Counted from the first letter of the stretch, positions 20,286-31,538 are shown. The stretch is 64,000 nucleotides of DNA from Leidyana gryllorum EB-2025a (GCA_048772705.1 JBLWGC010000081.1:1-64000); one strand, 5' to 3'. The notes: a model not told the origin generated them from the sequence alone. Numbers and translations are program-made.

Positions 20286-21215
20286 AACTCCATGCAACTT
20301 TGGCTGCAGAGAAACGGCTGGAGTGTTTCGTCCAGTGGCTGACCGAGTGCCGATACCATGGCTGACAAGCCTGGGATCCGAACCCACGGGGCCCGTTCGG
20401 ACTGCGACCTGCACACAGGGCCTTCGAGCACCCGGCCATCTTGCCGGGATGTTGTTGGCTCGCCGCTCCACGCATTTTTCTACCCTGGAATCTCAGAGAT
20501 GGAAGGACTTTTGGGGTTTCAGGCCGGTGTGTTCGGAGCGTCCGATATATATGGTTAGTATTTCCGCCTGTCACGCGGAAGACCCGAGTTCGATTCCCGG
20601 TCTCGGAGCACAGTTGATCTCGCTTAAGATTGTCTTTTTTGGTGGCCGCTGAAAGTTGCGAGCTACAGCCACCGAGGATCGAATTCGGGACCTTCGCGTG
20701 TTAAGCAGACGTCGTAACCACTAGATGATGGCTGCATGGATGGTCCCCGCAGCCCAAGAGAAGTGGCGAAGCTTCAGGGAGTAGTGAGGACCAGTTCAAG
20801 GGTCGCGCCGGGATCGAACCCAGGTCGGAAAATGCAAAGTGTCGAGTGCTAACCACCAAGGACGCAACCGGTTCAGCCCATCCCAGAAGAGTCGGACTAG
20901 CGCTTCCTCAACTAGACACATGCAACACGGGTCTTGTATACAGACCCCAGCGTAAAGAGTTGGATTCGAGTCGGGCAAAAACCTCAGTTCAATCATTCAA
21001 CCAGTTGCGCTCTACCCGAATGCTACCGACAAGGGTGAGATTCGAACTCACGGGTGCAACCCAACGGCTTAGCAGGCCGCCGCCTTAACCACTCGGCCAC
21101 CTTGCCGACGACATCTCTTACTCGCTGGCACTTTTTCACAACGGTTTGGGGTCCTAGTCAAGCTTGCTGAACCGTATGTGACATCACTGGCCGCAAAATG
21201 CCGAGTTCGACAGGT

Positions 21216-21297
21216 GGCAACTTGCCCGAGTGGTTAAGGGGGTAGACTCGAAATCTACTGGGCCTGGCCCGCGCTGGTTCATATCCAGCAGTTGTCG
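21216..21297 (+). tRNA. trnS: tRNA-Ser(CGA)
   Basis: Ser body. Confidence 0.85.
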
Positions 21298-21373
21298 TGT
21301 GATGTGATTGGAGGGTCAGACACCAACTGAAGCATGAATTTCTGGAATGATGGAAAAACAACAATGTGTCCTC

Positions 21374-21444
21374 TGCATCTGCCGGGAATCGAACCCGGGT
21401 CGTCTCGATGGCAACGAGACATCCTACCAGTAGACCACAGATGC
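21374..21444 (-). tRNA. trnG: tRNA-Gly(GCC)
   Basis: Gly body. Confidence 0.85.
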
Positions 21445-22343
21445 GTGAGACCTCCATTCCTGACCACCAAGTAATGAGTCTGGAGCGGGGGATGGTTTTG
21501 GGCCTATGGCCAACGTACCGCGTCTGACTCCAGATCAGAAGGTTGGGTTTTCGAATCACTATGGGCTCAATCAGACTCTTTTGTTTTTCCCGTGTGAGGC
21601 TCAACCTGAAAAGAGTGGGATTTGGACCCACGCCCTTTCGAACTGCGACTTGAATACAGCGCCTAGACCCCTCAGCCATCTTATCAGCTCGGTTCCTGTC
21701 CCGCTACTCCAAGCGCTCCCCGTCTGTTGAAGCTAGAAAATGGAAAAGCTGGGCTCTGAGGTTAGGCCGTGCCTCCGACATGGTATCAAAGTTATATTTC
21801 CGCCTGCCACGCCAACTATCGGGTGGGTACGAGCTCTGAACGCATTCATTTCCAATCCCAATGGCTTCATACACTCTTTTATTTCTTGGTCGTGAATGGG
21901 TTAGCACTGGAGGCTATGAATCTCCCGAGCTGGGTTCGATTCCCGGCGCGACTTCGCAACTAGTTCTACTTCTTGAAACTTCGCAACTTCTCTTGGTTTC
22001 CGCAAAGCTTTCGTGCAGTCATGGTCTAGTGGTTATCTGCTTAACACGCAGAAGGTCCCGAGTTCGATCCCAGGTGGCTGTAGCTCACAACTTTCAGCGA
22101 GAACCAAAGGAGAGAATCTCAAGGGAAACCAACTGTGCTCCGAGACCGCGAAGCGAACCCCGGTCTTCCGCGGGACAGGCAGAAATACTAACCACTAGAC
22201 TATCTCGGACGCCCTGAACACGCCGGCCTCCAACCCCAAGAGTCCTTCCATTTTGTTGTGCAGACCCCCTCGCATTTTGTTGATTCTCAACATAGTATGA
22301 CCACTCTCGCGACTGTGCTCACCGCGTTGCACGACCGACAGGC

Positions 22344-22415
22344 GGCTGTTTGGTCTAGTGGTATGATTCTTCCTTCGGGTGGAAGAAGTCCTGGGTTCGA
22401 TTCCTAGAACGGCCC
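22344..22415 (+). tRNA. trnP: tRNA-Pro(CGG)
   Basis: Pro body. Confidence 0.83.
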
Positions 22416-22496
22416 CGTTGGTTGTCGGCTGACCCGACGCTCCACCTCAGATCAAGAGGGTACGGCTCTCGGCTAAAGCTGCAGCTGAGGGAGTTG

Positions 22497-22569
22497 TCCA
22501 CTGTAGTCTAAGTGGCTAGGATATGCGGCTTTCACCCGCACGATCCGGGTTCAAGTCCCGGCAGTGGAA
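22497..22569 (+). tRNA. trnE: tRNA-Glu(TTC)
   Basis: Consensus. Confidence 0.92.
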
Positions 22570-22645
22570 GTCGTTGGACCAGTCGAGCAAAGTGCTCCAG
22601 TAACCTCCGTCAATAGTGACTGATTCGTGATCTTTGGCTTGCATT

Positions 22646-22717
22646 GCCTTCTTAGCTTAGGGGCAGAGCATTCGCTTAGTAAGCGAAAGGTCGCCGGTTC
22701 GATTCCGGCAGAAGGCT
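22646..22717 (+). tRNA. trnT: tRNA-Thr(AGT)
   Basis: Consensus. Confidence 0.92.
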
Positions 22718-23069
22718 CGACTGCATCGAATGGGCACCTGCAAGCTTATCGCAACTCCAATCATCGTAGCTGAGCCTCGTAGCTCAGCCATCAGAGTGTA
22801 AGTCTCTTAGCCACGAAGCCGCAGGTTTGGAACCTGCCAGTATCTGACGCACCCACAGCGCTCTGTTTGATCCAGTTATATATTCTTCCTTTGGGTGGAA
22901 GAAGTCCTGGGTTCGATTCCCAGAACAGCCCGTCTGATAGTTGTTGACTCAATGCCACGTCTCTCCAAGGTCGGTTTCTATACGCGGCTCCCACTCGTAC
23001 AATCCCGGATGAAGTCCAGACCAGCTGAGACAAAATCTGAGTTGCAGCAGTTGTGAGGGGCTGGAACTG

Positions 23070-23141
23070 CTCCGAGACCGGGAATCGAACCCGGGTCTTC
23101 CGCGTGACAGGCGAGAATACTAACCACTATACTATCTCGGA
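23070..23141 (-). tRNA. trnD: tRNA-Asp(GTC)
   Basis: Asp body, anticodon-stem mismatch. Confidence 0.78.
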
Positions 23142-23232
23142 CGCTCTGAACACGCCGGCCTCCAATCCCAGAAGTCTTTCTATTTTGGCTCACGGACAAA
23201 GACCGCGTGGAGCGACGAACCAACAACACTGC

Positions 23233-23312
23233 GGCAAGATGGCCGAGTGGTCTAGGGCGCTGTGTTTAGCCCGCAGTCCTAAAGGGCGTGAGTTCGAATC
23301 CCACTCTTGTCA
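23233..23312 (+). tRNA. trnL: tRNA-Leu(TAG)
   Basis: Leu body, TAG anticodon. Confidence 0.78.
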
Positions 23313-23368
23313 GCCATTGTATCTGGAATTCGGTCAGCCACTGGATGCAATTCCCATGTTGAACGCAT

Positions 23369-23441
23369 GGGCGGCTAGCTCAGATGGTGGAGCGATCGCT
23401 TTGCATGCGAGAGGTACGGGGATCGATACCCAGGTCGTCCA
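23369..23441 (+). tRNA. trnA: tRNA-Ala(TGC), diverged
   Basis: Ala body. Confidence 0.75.
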
Positions 23442-23751
23442 AACTCCGTACGGCGGGATCTGCTGGTATTTGAATACAGAGTTCCGATCTCTAAGAGAGA
23501 GGCGAATGCCGCAACAACTGCCAGGCTTCGAACCTGCGATTTTGTGGTGAACAGCCACACGCTTTGCCGACTGAGCTACAAGACTCAGTTGCGATGTTCT
23601 TCTGTCATACCTTCAGACTAAACAGCTGCTACGGCACTCATGTGTGTCAAATCACTCCGAATATCAAGAAACACATTTCCGCTTCCTTCATGATATCCGA
23701 CGCTCAAGCGCGGTAAGTGCTTATTTTCACCGCCTTCCATGACTACCTACC

Positions 23752-23824
23752 GCCTCGGTAGCTCAGTTGGGAGAGCGCCAGACTGAAGATCTGGAAGTCC
23801 CGTGTTCGATCCACGGCCGAGGCA
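23752..23824 (+). tRNA. trnF: tRNA-Phe(GAA), only intact copy seen
   Basis: GCCTCGG/CCGAGGC acceptor, CCAGA-CT-GAA-GA-TCTGG. Confidence 0.93.
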
Positions 23825-23933
23825 AGAGGTTGTGACATTCGGTGTCATTCCTCGCACCCGTGCGAGCCTTCTGCCCTCCATCAGATACCTGTTTCCAGAG
23901 ACACACGCCGCTTTCACAGTCCGGAAGCTCCGT

Positions 23934-24006
23934 GCAGCCATGGTCTAGTGCTTACGACGTCTGCTTGACACGCAGAAGTTCCCGAGTTCGATCCTCGGTG
24001 GCTGTA
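23934..24006 (+). tRNA. trnV: tRNA-Val (GAC variant)
   Basis: Val body. Confidence 0.72.
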
Positions 24007-24060
24007 GCTCGCAACTTTCAGCGAGAACCAAAGGAGAGAATCTAAGCGAAACCAACTGTG

Positions 24061-24132
24061 CTCCGAGACCGGGAATCGAACCCGGATCTTCCGCGTGACA
24101 GGCGGAAATACTAACCACTATACTATCTCGGA
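24061..24132 (-). tRNA. trnD: tRNA-Asp(GTC)
   Basis: Asp body. Confidence 0.88.
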
Positions 24133-24342
24133 CGCTCCGAACACACCGGCCTGAAACCCCAAAAGTCCTTCCATTTTGAGATTCCAAGGATAGAAAACGC
24201 GTGGAGCGGCGAGCCAAAAACGTCCGGTGAAGATGGCCGAGTGGTCTAAGGCGCTGTGCTCAGACCGGAGTCCGAAAGGGCGTGGGTTCGAATCCCACTT
24301 TTGCCAGGTTGCGCCCTAAACCGGAAAAACATAGAGTCTGTT

Positions 24343-24414
24343 TGAGCCCAGAGTGATTCGAACACCCAACCTTCTGATCTGGAGTCAGACGCGCTACCGT
24401 TGCGCCATAGGCCC
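24343..24414 (-). tRNA. trnW: tRNA-Trp(CCA), only intact copy seen
   Basis: TCTGA-CT-CCA-GA-TCAGA. Confidence 0.9.
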
Positions 24415-24582
24415 AAAACCATCCCCCGCTCCAGACTCATTTACCGGCAATCGGGCCTGCTTCTTAGGCGTGACATGCGAAAATAGTAACCACTATGCTA
24501 TCTCGGACGCTCTGAACACGCCACGGACATTCGTTCAGAAAACGGCCGTTACCGTGTACGAGCTTCAACAACAAGGTGTCAC

Positions 24583-24653
24583 GCATCTGTGGTCTAGTGG
24601 TAGAATGTCTCGTTGCCATCGAGACGACCCGGGTTCGATTCCCGGCAGATGCA
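24583..24653 (+). tRNA. trnG: tRNA-Gly(GCC)
   Basis: Consensus. Confidence 0.93.
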
Positions 24654-24728
24654 GAGGACACATGGTTGCTTTTCCACCATTCAGAAATTCATGCGTGAGT
24701 TGGTGTTTAACCCTCCAACCACATCGCA

Positions 24729-24810
24729 CGACAACTGCTGGATTTGAACCAGCGCGGGCCCGGCCCAGTAGATTTCTAGTCTAACCCCTTAACCACTCGG
24801 GCAAGTTGCC
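24729..24810 (-). tRNA. trnS: tRNA-Ser(AGA)
   Basis: Ser body. Confidence 0.85.
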
Positions 24811-25042
24811 GCAGTCGAACTTGGCATTTTGCGGCCAGTGGCTTCAAATACGGTTCAGCAAGCTTTACTAGGACTGCTCGCGCCGCCCGAACGCGCGGTT
24901 CTAACTTCAAAAGTCTTGCGCTCTACCGACGGAGTTGGGGCGGCCAGAAAGCTCGGACTTGGTAACAAATTCCAGTCGTATTGATGGTGGAATCTTTCCC
25001 AGACGGTTCGGCTCTCGGCCGAAGCCTAAACTCGAGCACTTG

Positions 25043-25115
25043 TCCACTGTAGTCTAAGTGGCTAGGATATGCGGCTTTCACCCGCACGATCCGGGTTCAA
25101 GTCCCGGCAGTGGAA
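25043..25115 (+). tRNA. trnE: tRNA-Glu(TTC)
   Basis: Consensus. Confidence 0.92.
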
Positions 25116-25445
25116 GTCATTGAAGTACTCGACCAAAGTGCTCCACTAATCTCCGTCAGTAGCCATCGTTTCGTTATCTCCAACTTACATTGCCTTCGAA
25201 GCTTAGGGGCAGAGCGTTCGCTTCGTAAGCGAGAAGGCGCCGGCTCGATTCCGGCAGAAGGCTTTGATGCATCGATAGGCTTATAAAGAATGGCTGTCAC
25301 CAGGTACAAGAGTCAACAGGATCGTGTTCTGCATCTGTGGTCTAGTGGAAGAGTCTCTCGCTGCCATCAAGATAACCCGTGTGCGATTCCCGACAGATGG
25401 AAAACGATAGCATGATGAGTTTGTCGGCGATTTCGATTCCGACCC

Positions 25446-25518
25446 TGGGAGTGGAGAGGATCGAACTCTCGACTTCAGGATTATGAGACCTACGCGCTAC
25501 CGACTGCGCTACACTCCC
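25446..25518 (-). tRNA. trnM: Elongator tRNA-Met(CAT)
   Basis: Consensus cloverleaf. Confidence 0.92.
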
Positions 25519-25593
25519 CCCCGACTGTCTCCGAAGAATCACCCGAACCCAGAACCATGCTGCCAGGCAGGTTGGGTCAAGATACAACAAAGC

Positions 25594-25665
25594 GGGCTGT
25601 TCTGGGAATCGAACCCAGCACTCCTTCCACCCTAAGGAAGGATCATACCACTAGACCAAACAGCT
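25594..25665 (-). tRNA. trnP: tRNA-Pro(AGG), diverged
   Basis: Pro body. Confidence 0.75.
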
Positions 25666-26098
25666 GACTGGTCGGTGGTGCAATCCGCGGGTAGAGTCGA
25701 GAGAGTGGTCATGCTATGTTGACAACCGATAAATGCGATGGGGACTGCACGTCGGGCGACTGGCTCAGATGGTAGAGCGCTCGCTTAGCATGCGAAAGGT
25801 ATGGGATCGATGTCCAGATCGTCCAAACTTCGTACGGCCGCACCTGCCGCTATGTATTTACCGAGTTGAGAGCCTTTGATTGTGCCCTGTAGCCCTTGGA
25901 TAGACTTTGGCATCGCAATACGGTCTAGGGTGCCTGAGACCGCGGACCTGCGACTTAGTATTTAACAATCACACGCTTTGCCCACTGCGCTACAAGAGCC
26001 AGTTGAATATTTTGGAGGTTAGTAGAAAAACCCGTTTTGCATGTGTGGGGAAGCTCTAGTCCGGATGGCTCTATCAACTCTTTGAGAAGGGCTAAATC

Positions 26099-26170
26099 GG
26101 TTGCGTGGTGTAGTGGTTAGCACTGGAGACTTTGAATCTCCCGACCTGGGTTCGATTCCCGGCGCGACCT
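26099..26170 (+). tRNA. trnQ: tRNA-Gln(TTG)
   Basis: Consensus. Confidence 0.92.
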
Positions 26171-26233
26171 TGAAACTAGTCCTCACTACTTCGTGAAACC
26201 TCCCCACTTGCTTTGGTCTGCGGGACCTGCCGT

Positions 26234-26306
26234 GCAGCCATGGTCTAGTGGTTACGACGTCTGCTTCACACGCAGAAGGTCCCGAGTTCGATCCTCGGTG
26301 GCTGTA
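26234..26306 (+). tRNA. trnV: tRNA-Val(CAC)
   Basis: Consensus. Confidence 0.92.
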
Positions 26307-26524
26307 GCTCGCAACTTTCAGCGAGAACCAAAGGACAGAATCTTAAGCGAAACCACCTGCGTTTCGAGCCCGGGAATCGAACCCGGGTCTTCCGCGTGAC
26401 AGGCGGAGACACTAACCACTATACTAACTCGGACCCTCTGAACACGCCGGCCTCCAATCCCAGAAGTCTTTTTATTTCGGCTCACGAACAAAAAAAGCGT
26501 GGAGGGACGAACCAAGAGCACTCC

Positions 26525-26603
26525 GGCAAGATGGCCGAGTAGTCTAAGGCGCTGTGTTTAGGCCGCAGTCCGAAAGGGCGTGGGTTCGAAGCCACGCTTG
26601 TCA
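26525..26603 (+). tRNA. trnL: tRNA-Leu(TAG), diverged T arm
   Basis: Loop TT-TAG-GC. Confidence 0.72.
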
Positions 26604-26661
26604 GCCGTTGTATCGGCTCGATCAGCCACTGGATGCAATAGATCTTCCATTTAGAGCGGAT

Positions 26662-26734
26662 GGGCGGCTAGCTCAGATGGTGGAGCGCTCGCTTTGCATG
26701 CGAGAGGTACTGGGATCGATACCCAGGTCGTCCA
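26662..26734 (+). tRNA. trnA: tRNA-Ala(TGC)
   Basis: Ala body. Confidence 0.87.
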
Positions 26735-26823
26735 AACTCCATGCAACTTTGGCTGCAGAGAAACGACTGGCGCGTGGTCCAAAAATGTGAATGTTGATAT
26801 TTCAATCTAGTCGAAAAGCCGCG

Positions 26824-26896
26824 GCCTACGTGGCGCAATGGATAGCGCGTTGGACTTCTAATCCAAAGGTTGCGAGTTCGAGTCTCGCCGTAGGTA
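26824..26896 (+). tRNA. trnR: tRNA-Arg(TCT), only copy seen
   Basis: TTGGA-CT-TCT-AA-TCCAA, intact cloverleaf, no intron. Confidence 0.92.
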
Positions 26897-27120
26897 GCCA
26901 AATGCTCAGCACTTTACTTCGATGATTTGGCTGACTAGCTGCCTTGGCTGAGGAATGTTGTCCACTGTAGTCTGAGTGGCTAGGATATGCGGCCTCACCC
27001 GCAAGCTCCGGGCTCAAGTCCGGCAGTGGAAGTCAGTGGTTGAAGTCAGTGGAATACTTGAGCAAAGTGCCTCACTAATCCCCGTCAATAGTGACTGATT
27101 CTTGATCTTCGGCCTGGATT

Positions 27121-27192
27121 GCCTTCTTAGCTTAGGGGCAGAGGATTCGCTTAGTAAGCGAAAGGTCGCCGGTTCGATTCCGGCAGAAGGCT
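27121..27192 (+). tRNA. trnT: tRNA-Thr(AGT)
   Basis: Thr body. Confidence 0.85.
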
Positions 27193-27284
27193 CGACTGCA
27201 TCGATTAGGCACCTGCAAGCGGTAAGTCCCTTAGCCACGAAGCCGCAGGTTTGGAACCTGCCAGTACCTGAGGCACCCACAGGG

Positions 27285-27356
27285 GGCTGTTTGGTCTAGT
27301 GGTATGATTCTTCCTTCGGGTGGAAGAAGTCCTGGGTTCGACTCCCAGAACAGCCC
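27285..27356 (+). tRNA. trnP: tRNA-Pro(CGG)
   Basis: Consensus. Confidence 0.9.
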
Positions 27357-27470
27357 GTCTGATAGTTGTTGACGCAACAAGGCACTCGCCCCATCCCGAG
27401 ACAATGTCCCTGACAGCTAAGACAGGATCTGAGTTGTTGACTCAACAGGCTACAACCCGACCATTCGCCC

Positions 27471-27543
27471 AGACGCTACTGGGACTCGAACCCAAAATCC
27501 CCGGTTCCGTAGACCGATGCCATATCCATTAGGCCATAGCGCC
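27471..27543 (-). tRNA. trnR: tRNA-Arg(ACG)
   Basis: Arg body. Confidence 0.88.
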
Positions 27544-28079
27544 GACTAACGGAGCCGTCAAATGGAAGTGTGTAGCGATCCAGAGAGGACATGGGCAGCT
27601 ACGCCCGATCGTGGGTTTGGACAGGCTTCACCTACATCTCCCATTCGAGACATCGGTGGCCATACTATCCAAGCCAGGATTCGGGCCTGGGTATGCACGG
27701 CCACAACTTGCTGTTGTAAGCACCAGACGACCCGGACGATCTTCAAGTGAGGCTGGTATGTCGGCGTGACCAAGTGAGTGGATCTCTGATACAAATTCGG
27801 ACTTAGTAACCAATTCCATTTGTATTGATCGTGGAATCCTGTGCCTTCCTCGGTACGGGGCGAGCTTCCTTGCCGCCCCAACTCCGTCGGTAGAGCGCAA
27901 GACTTTTGAAGGGAGAACCGCGGGTTCGGGCGGCGCGAGCAGTCCTAGTAAAGCTCGCTGAATCGTATGTGAAGCCACTGGCCGCAAAATGCCAACTTCG
28001 ACAGCGGCAACTTCCCCGAGTGGTTAAGGTTTCCACCCTGATCGATGCTTCGCTACATCTACAGCCTCGCTCAAAGATT

Positions 28080-28151
28080 GTCCGAGTCGTCTGGTGGTTA
28101 GGACAGCACGTTGTGGCCGTGCAAACCCAGGCTCGATTCCTGTCTCGGACA
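28080..28151 (+). tRNA. trnH: tRNA-His(GTG), diverged
   Basis: His body. Confidence 0.78.
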
Positions 28152-28229
28152 AGCAGTCTAAGTGCATTGCTCTTCGCCCCGGAATGTTGAAAATATCGTT
28201 GCAGCCATGGTCAAGTCTGCACGATCGGC

Positions 28230-28302
28230 TGCACCTGCCGGGACTCGAACCCGGATCGTGCGGGTGAAAGCCGCATATCCTAGCCACTTAGACTACAGTG
28301 GA
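28230..28302 (-). pseudogene. Chimeric tRNA: Glu(TTC) 5' / Gly 3' end
   Basis: Starts TCCACTG, ends CAGGTGCA; flanks switch accordingly. Confidence 0.82.
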
Positions 28303-28484
28303 CAAGTGCTTGAGTTGAGGCTTCGGCCGAGAGCCGTACCGTCTTGGAAATCAGTGGTACCCAGCTCGTGCAATCTTACCGGAACTCGAGTGTGGCACCT
28401 TGGACCACCCCGAAATCCGTGCCGTACTTCTGACACTGTTGAAGGTTTGAGGTTGAGCCTTCGAATCTCGCAGCAGTTGGACGA

Positions 28485-28564
28485 CCGGGGGTAGCTCAGT
28501 TGGTAGAGCATCTGACTGTAGTGCTGGCATCAGATAGTCGGCGGTTCGATTCCGTCCCACCGGA
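28485..28564 (+). tRNA. trnY: tRNA-Tyr(GTA) with 7-nt intron
   Basis: Same as 12383-12462. Confidence 0.88.
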
Positions 28565-28752
28565 AGTAGAGTGGTGGTTGGCAGACTACTACTCAACCTG
28601 ATGGGTTTTGCAGACATCGTTGATGGGCCAACTGGAATGAATCTGGCGGAGATTCCATGCATATACAACTCAAATCTTGTCTCAGCTGTCGGAGCAGCAT
28701 ATCTTAGACAACCTTGAAGAGACGTGGCGTATTGAGTCAACAACTGACAGAC

Positions 28753-28824
28753 GGGCTGTTCTGGGAATCGAACCCAGGACTTCTTCCACCCAAAGGAAGA
28801 ATCATACCACTAGACCAAACAGCC
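28753..28824 (-). tRNA. trnP: tRNA-Pro(TGG)
   Basis: Consensus, loop TT-TGG-GT. Confidence 0.9.
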
Positions 28825-29061
28825 GACTGGTCGGTGGTGCAAATTGCTGGTAGAGTCGGGACACTGGTCATAATATGTCAAGAACCACTAAATGCTATGG
28901 TATCTGCAAAGCGGGCGACTAGCTCAAATGACATAGCACTCGCTTAACATGCGAGAGATACTGGGATCGATGCCCAGGTCGTCCAAGCCTCTAACGGCTG
29001 CACCCGCGGTATATGAAAACAGAGTCACGACCGAAGGGAGTTGATGCCCGATCACATCGCA

Positions 29062-29143
29062 CGACAACTGCTGGATTAGAACCAGCGCGGGCCAGGCCCA
29101 GTAGATTTCGAGTCTACCCCCTTAACCACTCGGGCAAGTTGCC
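29062..29143 (-). tRNA. trnS: tRNA-Ser(CGA)
   Basis: Ser body. Confidence 0.85.
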
Positions 29144-29344
29144 AACGGTAGAACTCGGCATGCCGCAGGCAGTTGCTTCACATACGGTTCAGCAGCTTGA
29201 CTCGGACCGCTCGCGCTGTCCGAACCCGCGGTCTCTCCATTGAAAGTCTTGCGCTCTACCGACGGAGCTGGCGCGGCAAGGAAGCTTGGACTTGGTAAAA
29301 AGTTCCTTTCGTATTGGCAACTCTTTATCAAAGATCCACTCACT

Positions 29345-29418
29345 TGGTCACGCCCGGCCTCAAACCGGGGACCTTGAGCTTATTAGGCTCACGCTCTAAC
29401 CGACTGAGCTACGCGACC
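29345..29418 (-). tRNA. trnI: tRNA-Ile(AAT), T-loop altered
   Basis: Ile body. Confidence 0.78.
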
Positions 29419-30037
29419 ACTTCTGCGACGACACTCGGCACCGGTTCGAGAACCTTTTGCCTCTGCTTGCCGCGGTATTGGATCGATATCCAGAATGTCA
29501 CCTCGGACCACCCCGGAATCTGAGTCTCACTTCTGAGCTTAAGAGCTTGAAGTGCCACTATTGAAGATCTGAGGTTGAGCCTCAGTTCAATCATTGAAGC
29601 AGTTGCGCTCTCCCCGAGTGCCACGGACAATGGTGAGATTTAAACTCACGTGGGTGAAACCCAACGGCTTAGCAAGCCGCCGCCTCAAACACTGTGCCAC
29701 CTTGCCGAGAGTGCAACGGATCACACGTTCCCTCGGGACTCCCATGCGAATTGTCAGTGGTGTGGGAACAACCCCTACTCCATGTCAGTATTAGGCTCTG
29801 AAATAACTGTTCGGCCGGGCGGACGAGGCCAATCAGGTGCTTTGCTCAGCACATCAGTCGACTACTTGGTCCAGTGATTGCTTACCTCAACTCTGCGTAT
29901 TTTCGGTCAGTTAAATGGTGAGCCCAATAAGTCCAAGTTTGCGGTTGAGCCCCGCCCCGACCAGGCGGGTGTGTTGTGGATACAGCATCACGTGCACCCT
30001 TTTGACAGGAGGAGATGCATCGAGAGAAGTTTCAGTA

Positions 30038-30110
30038 GGGAGTGTAGCGCAGTCGGTAGCGCGTAGGTCTCATAATCCTGAAGTCGAGAGTTCAATCCTC
30101 TCCACTCCCA
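30038..30110 (+). tRNA. trnM: Elongator tRNA-Met(CAT)
   Basis: Cloverleaf. Confidence 0.9.
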
Positions 30111-30463
30111 CGGTCGGAATCGGAACCGCCGACAAACTCATCATGCTATCATTTTCCATCCGTCGGGAGTCGCACACGGGTTATCTCGATGGCAGCGAGC
30201 GACTCTTGCACTAGACCACAGATGCAGAACACGATCTTGTGAATCTTGTACGTGGTGACAGCCATTCCTTATAAGCCTATCGATGCATCAAAGCCATCGA
30301 ACCGGCGACTTCTCGCTTACGAAGCGAACGCTCTGCCCCTAAGCTAAGAAGGCAACTTAGCTGGAGAATCATGTGTCAGTTGTATCGACGAAAGTTAGCC
30401 GGATGCTACGTGCGCGGCGGGCAGTGCTGGGATCCAGTCGCAGGTTGTCCTGACTACAACGGC

Positions 30464-30543
30464 TGACAAGAGTGGGATTCGAACCCACGCCCTTTCGGAC
30501 TGCGGCCTGAACACAGCGCCTTAGACCACTCGGCCATCTTGCC
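30464..30543 (-). tRNA. trnL: tRNA-Leu(CAG)
   Basis: Consensus. Confidence 0.92.
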
Positions 30544-30762
30544 GCAGTCTTGTTGGTTCGTCGCTCCACGCGGTTTTTTGTCCGTGAGCCGAAATAGAAA
30601 GACTTCTGGGATTGGCGACCGGCGTGTTCCGGGCGTCCGAGTTAGTATAGTGGTTAGTGTCGCCGCCTGCCACGCGGAACACCCGGGATCGATTCCCGGT
30701 CTCGAAACGCAGGTGGTTTTGCCAAAGATTCTCTCCTTTGGTTCTCGCTGAAAGTTGCAAGC

Positions 30763-30835
30763 TACAGCCACAGAGGATCGAACTCGGGACCTTCTGCGTG
30801 CAAAGCAGACGTCGTAACCACTAGACCATTGCTGC
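30763..30835 (-). tRNA. Val-body tRNA with TGC anticodon (likely mutated Val-TAC)
   Basis: Loop TT-TGC-AC. Confidence 0.68.
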
Positions 30836-30897
30836 ACGGATAGTCCCCGCAGCCCAAGAGAAGTGGCGAAATTTGAAGGTACGGAGGACCAGTGCCA

Positions 30898-30969
30898 AGG
30901 TCGCGCCGGGAATCGAACCCAGGTCGGGAGATTCAAAGTCTCCAGTGCTAACCACTACACCACGCAACC
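30898..30969 (-). tRNA. trnQ: tRNA-Gln(TTG)
   Basis: Consensus. Confidence 0.92.
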
Positions 30970-31127
30970 GGTTCAGCCCATCCCAAAAGAGGCGGTAGAG
31001 CCATCCGGACTAGCGCTCCGTCAACTGGACACATGCAACACGCGACTGGCAGGTTCCAAACCTGCGACTTCGTGGCTACGATGATTGGAGTTGCGATAAG
31101 CTTGCAGGTGCCCATTCGATGCAGTCG

Positions 31128-31199
31128 AGCCTTCTGCCGGAATCGAACCGGCGACCTTTCGCTTACTAAGCGAATGCTCTGCCCCTAAGCTAAGAAGGC
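31128..31199 (-). tRNA. trnT: tRNA-Thr(AGT)
   Basis: Consensus. Confidence 0.92.
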
Positions 31200-31275
31200 A
31201 ATGCAAGCCAAAGATCACGAATCAGTCACTATTGACGGAGGTTACTGGAGCACTTTGCTCGAATGGTCCAATGAC

Positions 31276-31348
31276 TTCCACTGCCGGGACTTGAACCCGG
31301 ATCGTGCGGGTGAAAGCCGCATATCCTAGCCACTTAGACTACAGTGGA
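31276..31348 (-). tRNA. trnE: tRNA-Glu(TTC)
   Basis: Consensus. Confidence 0.92.
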
Positions 31349-31465
31349 CAACTCAATCAGCTGCAGCTTTAGCCAAGAGCTGTACCCTCTTGACAAGACG
31401 TGATTGCAGAATCCTGCGGTAGAAAAAGGAGGATCTCTATACTAACCTCTGAACCATTGTAGCTG

Positions 31466-31538
31466 GGTCTTGTAGCTCAGTCGGCAGAACGTGTGGCTGT
31501 TAACCACAAAGTCGCAGGTTCGAAACCTGCCAGGACCG
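31466..31538 (+). tRNA. trnN: tRNA-Asn(GTT)
   Basis: One D-stem change. Confidence 0.86.

Noticed and set aside
21781-21790. TGGTATCA resembling a Met primer-binding site
   Set aside because: Lies within a decayed Asp tRNA 5' end and has no adjacent LTR
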